The notes under the pieces are model-generated. The model saw only the letters and a program-made list of their open reading frames with translations. It had not been told where the DNA came from and did no database searches. Below, piece after piece: positions 59,528 through 64,000 of a stretch of 64,000 nt of DNA. Source of the stretch: Fistulifera solaris (lineage: Eukaryota); NCBI GenBank assembly GCA_030295235.1, contig AP026125.1:1984001-2048000 (forward strand), written 5' to 3'. The position numbers and the translations under genes are program-made. How positions within the stretch are numbered: position 1 is the stretch's first letter; every line of letters begins with the position of its first letter.

Positions 59528-59962
59528 TTCAGTCATGAATCAAATTTCTTTTCGAGCAACAATGCTCCATACAACTCGTTCCTTTAGCAAACTTTCTCAA
59601 GCTTCATTAGTCTCTGTTGTAATGAAATACTCTTTTAGCAGCGTTTTCATCACAAGCATTGATATGTGTACGTTAATGAGCCTGCGAGACGTTGTCTGCC
59701 ATATTTTACTATCGATCAAAGTGTTGTTCGTATTTTGGCGCGGCTAGAGCTTTGAATCAATATTCTTCCGAGTGACAAAACTACCAACAAATCCCTCATT
59801 CAGCAAATATTGTGAACTACATCTGTCTTTGTTGCATTGAAAGAGGCTTTAGCATCGTTTGCATTAACCTTACACATTATTGTATTTTACGTCGAAGAGA
59901 CGTGCGAAACGTTGTCTTCCGTTTTTACTATAGACCCGAAGTGTTGGTTTACGGAGGATCCG
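59528..59962 (+). repeat. Dispersed dimeric repeat, copy B
   Basis: CGTTGTCTGCCATATTTTACTAT near 59690 and CGTTGTCTTCCGTTTTTACTATAGACCC near 59910 match the reverse complement of the copy A subunits. Both copies share a TTCAGTCATGAATC start. Confidence 0.75.
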
Positions 59963-60150
59963 TTATTGGGCGTCTGGTCACGAACCGCGTTAGTTGTTTT
60001 CTCTCGTCCGCCATCGCGCGTGTATTTTGTTGCATCTCGACATCTCGACCATGATTGATGATTGATGATGATTGATTCTTCAAAAAGTTTCGACCTCTCG
60101 AAAAGTAGCTCCTCTGAAATATTAACAACTGACACCCTCTCAAGTGCATC

Positions 60151-61184
60151 ATGGATCTGTATCAACAATCACAAGACAAAATAAACCGCGAACTCTTCGT
60201 CGGCAACACACCGCCGGGTACCTCAGAACTATTGTTGATGCACTTTTTCAATGCCGCCTTACGACGTGTGCGATTGTGTGCACCGAACGATACGCCCGTT
60301 CTAAATAGTCGTGTCAACAGTAAATTCGCTTTTGTAGAATTGGCTTCGGCAGAAATGGCGAATCGAGCTTTGCAACTGAACGGAATTCCTTTTCTCGGAG
60401 GGACGTTACTCAAAGTCAGTCGTCCGTCGAAATATATGGGTCCTCCGGATCCTCCTCACAAGTCATGGCAAGAATTGACCGGACAGAATCTTCCGGATGG
60501 TGCTTTCTTGGATGCGGAACAAGAAAAGATCCGACGAGAATTATTCATCGGCAATACGACTCCGGAAATGACAGAAAGTATGTTGCGCGACTTTTTGGGA
60601 AATGCTTTGCAGCAAGTAGGATTGGCCATGGGACCCGGGAATCCCATTAACACGTGTCGCGTTTCGGGAAAATTCGCATTCATTGAGCTGCGAACGGCGG
60701 CGGAAGCGGCACAAGCGCTCAATCTCAACAATATTCCTTTTTTGGGAACGGCGCTTCGTGTCGGAAGACCGAGTAAATACACGGGACCGCCGGATGTACA
60801 CGGTAACTGGGAAGATATTCTTGCCAAATACATGTCGGGAGAGTTACTTTTGCCGAATGCCCGCAACCGCCGCCACAGGCGGCATATACGTCGCGCGTCG
60901 TGCAGCTCAAAAACATGCTTTCGCCGCAAGATTTGGAAGATCCCGAAGAGTATGAAGATATCATGCAAGATACTAGAGAAGAATGCTCCAAATTTGGAAA
61001 CCTACTGCAAGTCATGATTCCACGGAAAGGGGAAGTGGGTGCTACCCAAATATTTTTGGAGTATGGGTCGGCGGATGAAGCAAACGCCGCTATACTCGGT
61101 TTGAGAGGGCGCACCTTTGACGGAAGATCGGTTGAAGCGACGTTTTTCGATGAAGCGAAATTTGCGGCAAGGGACTTTTCCTGA
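60151..61184 (+). CDS. U2AF large-subunit (U2AF65)-like RRM protein (indel at 60860-60862)
   Basis: Two RRMs (RELF(V/I)GNT, KFAF(V/I)EL, RPSKY) plus the UHM domain VVQLKNM...EECSKFG...GRTFDGR. Confidence 0.85.
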
Positions 61185-61377
61185 GTGTTGTAGAAATGCG
61201 TCCTTTCTTGCGAATTTTTATAACAGTGCTTGCTTATGCTCGTGTTCCGGAAAATGTAAGGGTCAAGAAAGTCTCTGGCAACATGCTTCTTTAAGGAGGC
61301 GATACGATTTAAATGAATTTTTAGGATGCAACCCATCAGTTAGTTTACGGTGTTTGCAGGCTAAACTCCGTTGTGTA

Positions 61378-64000
61378 TTACTGTGCCAACCGGCCCAGCA
61401 TTTCGTCGGCAAGAAGCTGAATCTCGTTCGAGTTACACAATGTCTTTACATTTAGCACGCGCCGAGTATCTTTCAACTTTCCAGCTTCTTCCAATGCACG
61501 CTTCCACAAAGACGCCTCGCAAAACAAATCATATCTTTCTTCATTAGCCGACACGCGATCAATGTATTTCAGAATCTCGGCAGAACTTTGTTTGCCTCTT
61601 ATAGCGGCACGTGCAAAAGGTTTGTAGCCAATCGGAGACTTTGTCTTCGACTCGGATAATATTCGCAGATTACTCCATTGCTGACTTTCGGCGAGAGCAG
61701 TTACTTGAATATGCCAAAATCGTTTCTCAGGGACACGGTATTTTTTAGCAAGCTTATCTGCATCCGAAAACAATCGGTGTTGATCACGCATTTGAATAGC
61801 AGCAAACTTGATGACAGAAGCAATTGTACTGGTAACGGACGACGATGGCGGGGCTACTTCGGGAGCGTTGTGTTTAGTCCTTAGCGTCTCTTGGTCGCGA
61901 ATAAGTTCCGCGTAGTCATCCGTCGAGGCCTTATGCAGGGCAGTATCCTTACCCAAACTAAAGATGCGAGAAGCCTCCTGAAAATATGAAAATACACATA
62001 GGTGAGAAAAGCAACTTCAGGAGCTGCGCTGTAGTTCACATCAAAATCTATTTACTCACCGCTAGCAAGCCCTGTTTTTCACGGGCATCGTGCTCTTTTA
62101 GTGCTCGTTGTGCCATCGCCGTTCCGGCTGCACCAAATTGTTGTGCTCTGATCAAAAGATTCGTGACATTTTTGACATCAGCCGTTGTCTGAAGGTAGCG
62201 GCGTAAAGTATGGAAGCCTTCCGGTGTGAATTTGGAAACAACCATTCCGAGAAAAGCGGCTTGAGCTTTCGAAACATCGTTGGAATTCGTTAAACACGAT
62301 CGTTCATACTCCATAAGAGTGCTAAATATAAAGTCCAAGTCGCTGCACAAAAGGGAGGCAAGCGTCAGAAAGAATCCGTACACACGAAGATTGTTTTTTG
62401 TTTACTTACCGAGCTTGTGTTGCTACCGCCATGGCGTCGGCGTAAGCACCTGTTGAAAGCAACGCGGGCACTTTATCTACCACGCTTGTTTCTAAAAGCA
62501 ACAACAGATTGGCAACTCCCGGCCGACCAGCTTGGTTCGCCGCCATAGCGACCGTAGCATACGCTCCTCGATGCAGCGAATGATCGCCTGCGCCTCCAAG
62601 AATGATTTCTGTGGCGGCCTCGGCAACTTGTGCGTCCGTACCTTCCGCCGCCATCACGTAAGCCGCGGCTTTAGATGCACGTGCAAAGATTTGCACAGAT
62701 TTTGGTAAACCTAAGTATTGAGATATGCTACACGCCAGTGCCGGTCGTTGTAAAGCAATGAGTCTGGCAACGACACCGATTGGCGTCATGGCGTCGTACT
62801 GAGCGCTTGTCGCTATCCATCCGACATTAGGATGACGAAGCCGATTTAACACGCGTAGCTTTCTCGCTGCCGCAACAAATTCCTGGGCAGTTGGCGATGG
62901 TTGAACTACACCTTTCGACTCGATGCTTTTATAGGAAAAGTGCATCCCATAAGATGCAGCTCGCAGTAGGCGTTTCTGTTGTACAATGTCAAACTCCCTT
63001 GTCGCTGCTTCCAGACAAGTTTCAACAGCAGATAGCAACTGATCCGAAGCAGCTATATCTCTCACTGTGCTATCATCCGCGCTCGTTCCTGCATAAAAGG
63101 CATCTGAAGCGTCCACAAGCATCGCAGAGGTTTCGATCGAACCGATGCTGAGCATTTGGGCGGTAACAGGTGGTACACGTTGCAATATCTCAATAGCAGA
63201 GTCTGTGATAACACGACAGCAATCGATTTCGGGAACTATGTACACTGTGTCGTCTTCATACGGAAATCTTAACCAGTCTCCATAGGGACCAACCATAAGG
63301 ACACCCAAGCCTTTCCAGTGCAAGACCACACTAATTGAAAAGTGTTAGCGAATTAGTCGGTTCTCTCCAGCGCCGCACGCAAAGACTTACCTGTCTTCTC
63401 CGCACCACTCCATCTGCGAGGGAATCTGTTGTGATCCTTCGGATGTATCAAAATCGAGCACTTTCGTTTCAAAAGACGTTGAAATGACCGTCAAGATACA
63501 CGATTCGGTGAAACAGGCCAGAAAGCGTCCGTTCGGAGCAAAGACCATATCCACAATGGGGCTGTTGACGCGCGCTCGGCAGTCGACGTCTGTCATTTTC
63601 ATTGTGGAAACCTCTACTAAAATAACCGAGTTATCTGATGTCGATAAGAAGAGTTCTGGATGCTGTGAAGTCGTTCGTAAGCGTGAGAACACCGCCAACG
63701 TCGAAAAGGTACAAAAGTGGCGCTTTGCGTATTCCGAAGTTGGCAAAATGGTGACTAATGCATAGTGCGACATGTCATCTGAATCAATTCGTTGCGCAGA
63801 CAAATGAGCTGTCTGTGAATACTCTTCTTCGTCATGATGGTCGAGTAACTCGGCAATCGCGGCATCTTGATTCTTTGTCAACACCGCAACGCCCCCTTCG
63901 TAGACCTTGGCCTGAAGAAGAGGAATCGATTCTTGACAGACATAGAATGGCTGCAACAGAGTTTGCCCTTTTAGATTGTACGTGAAGCAGAGTGAATCAT
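61378..64000 (-). CDS. VPS16: Vacuolar protein sorting 16 (HOPS/CORVET subunit), multi-exon, 5' end outside the window
   Basis: WCGED, VPEIDCCRVIT, QKRLLRAASYG, LRVLNRLR, VPEKRFWH and KSPIGYKPF. Confidence 0.9.

Noticed and set aside
3388..60862. Widespread programmed ribosomal frameshifting or mass pseudogenisation
   Set aside because: The shifts go in both directions, share no slippery or stop motif, sit in mononucleotide runs and are not accompanied by nonsense decay. Sequencing error is the simpler explanation.

Overview
Gene-dense eukaryotic nuclear DNA, most consistent with a pennate diatom (inference). The evidence is short GT-AG introns of about 70-100 bp, bipartite plastid-type presequences, helicase-associated-domain and HSF genes, and group I truncated haemoglobins. 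About 35 protein-coding genes are supportable. They include a tandem pair of bacterial-type class III adenylyl cyclases, PDAT, CWC27, three tandem secreted Cys-rich GPI-like proteins, an ADP-ribosylglycohydrolase-family protein, RPLP2, NTF2, fibrillarin, VKOR, a Sec23/24-like protein, eIF3e, an HSF, truncated haemoglobins, a START protein, a U2AF65-like protein and Vps16. About 20 single-base frameshifts, nearly all in mononucleotide runs, point to an unpolished assembly rather than pseudogenes. The most unusual signals are non-coding: (1) a 57-bp palindromic satellite at the window start with an orphan copy near 37.1 kb; (2) an iteron-like array of a 14-bp core every 33-35 bp at 32.4 kb; (3) a Ds-like hAT MITE; (4) a mini-Helitron-like element; (5) a dispersed dimeric repeat of about 430 bp; (6) a recurrent intergenic TACGGAGTA motif; (7) a strongly structured spliced leader or ncRNA candidate at 38.4-38.7 kb. 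No rRNA, tRNA or CRISPR array could be supported. All family assignments come from motif recognition, not database searches.
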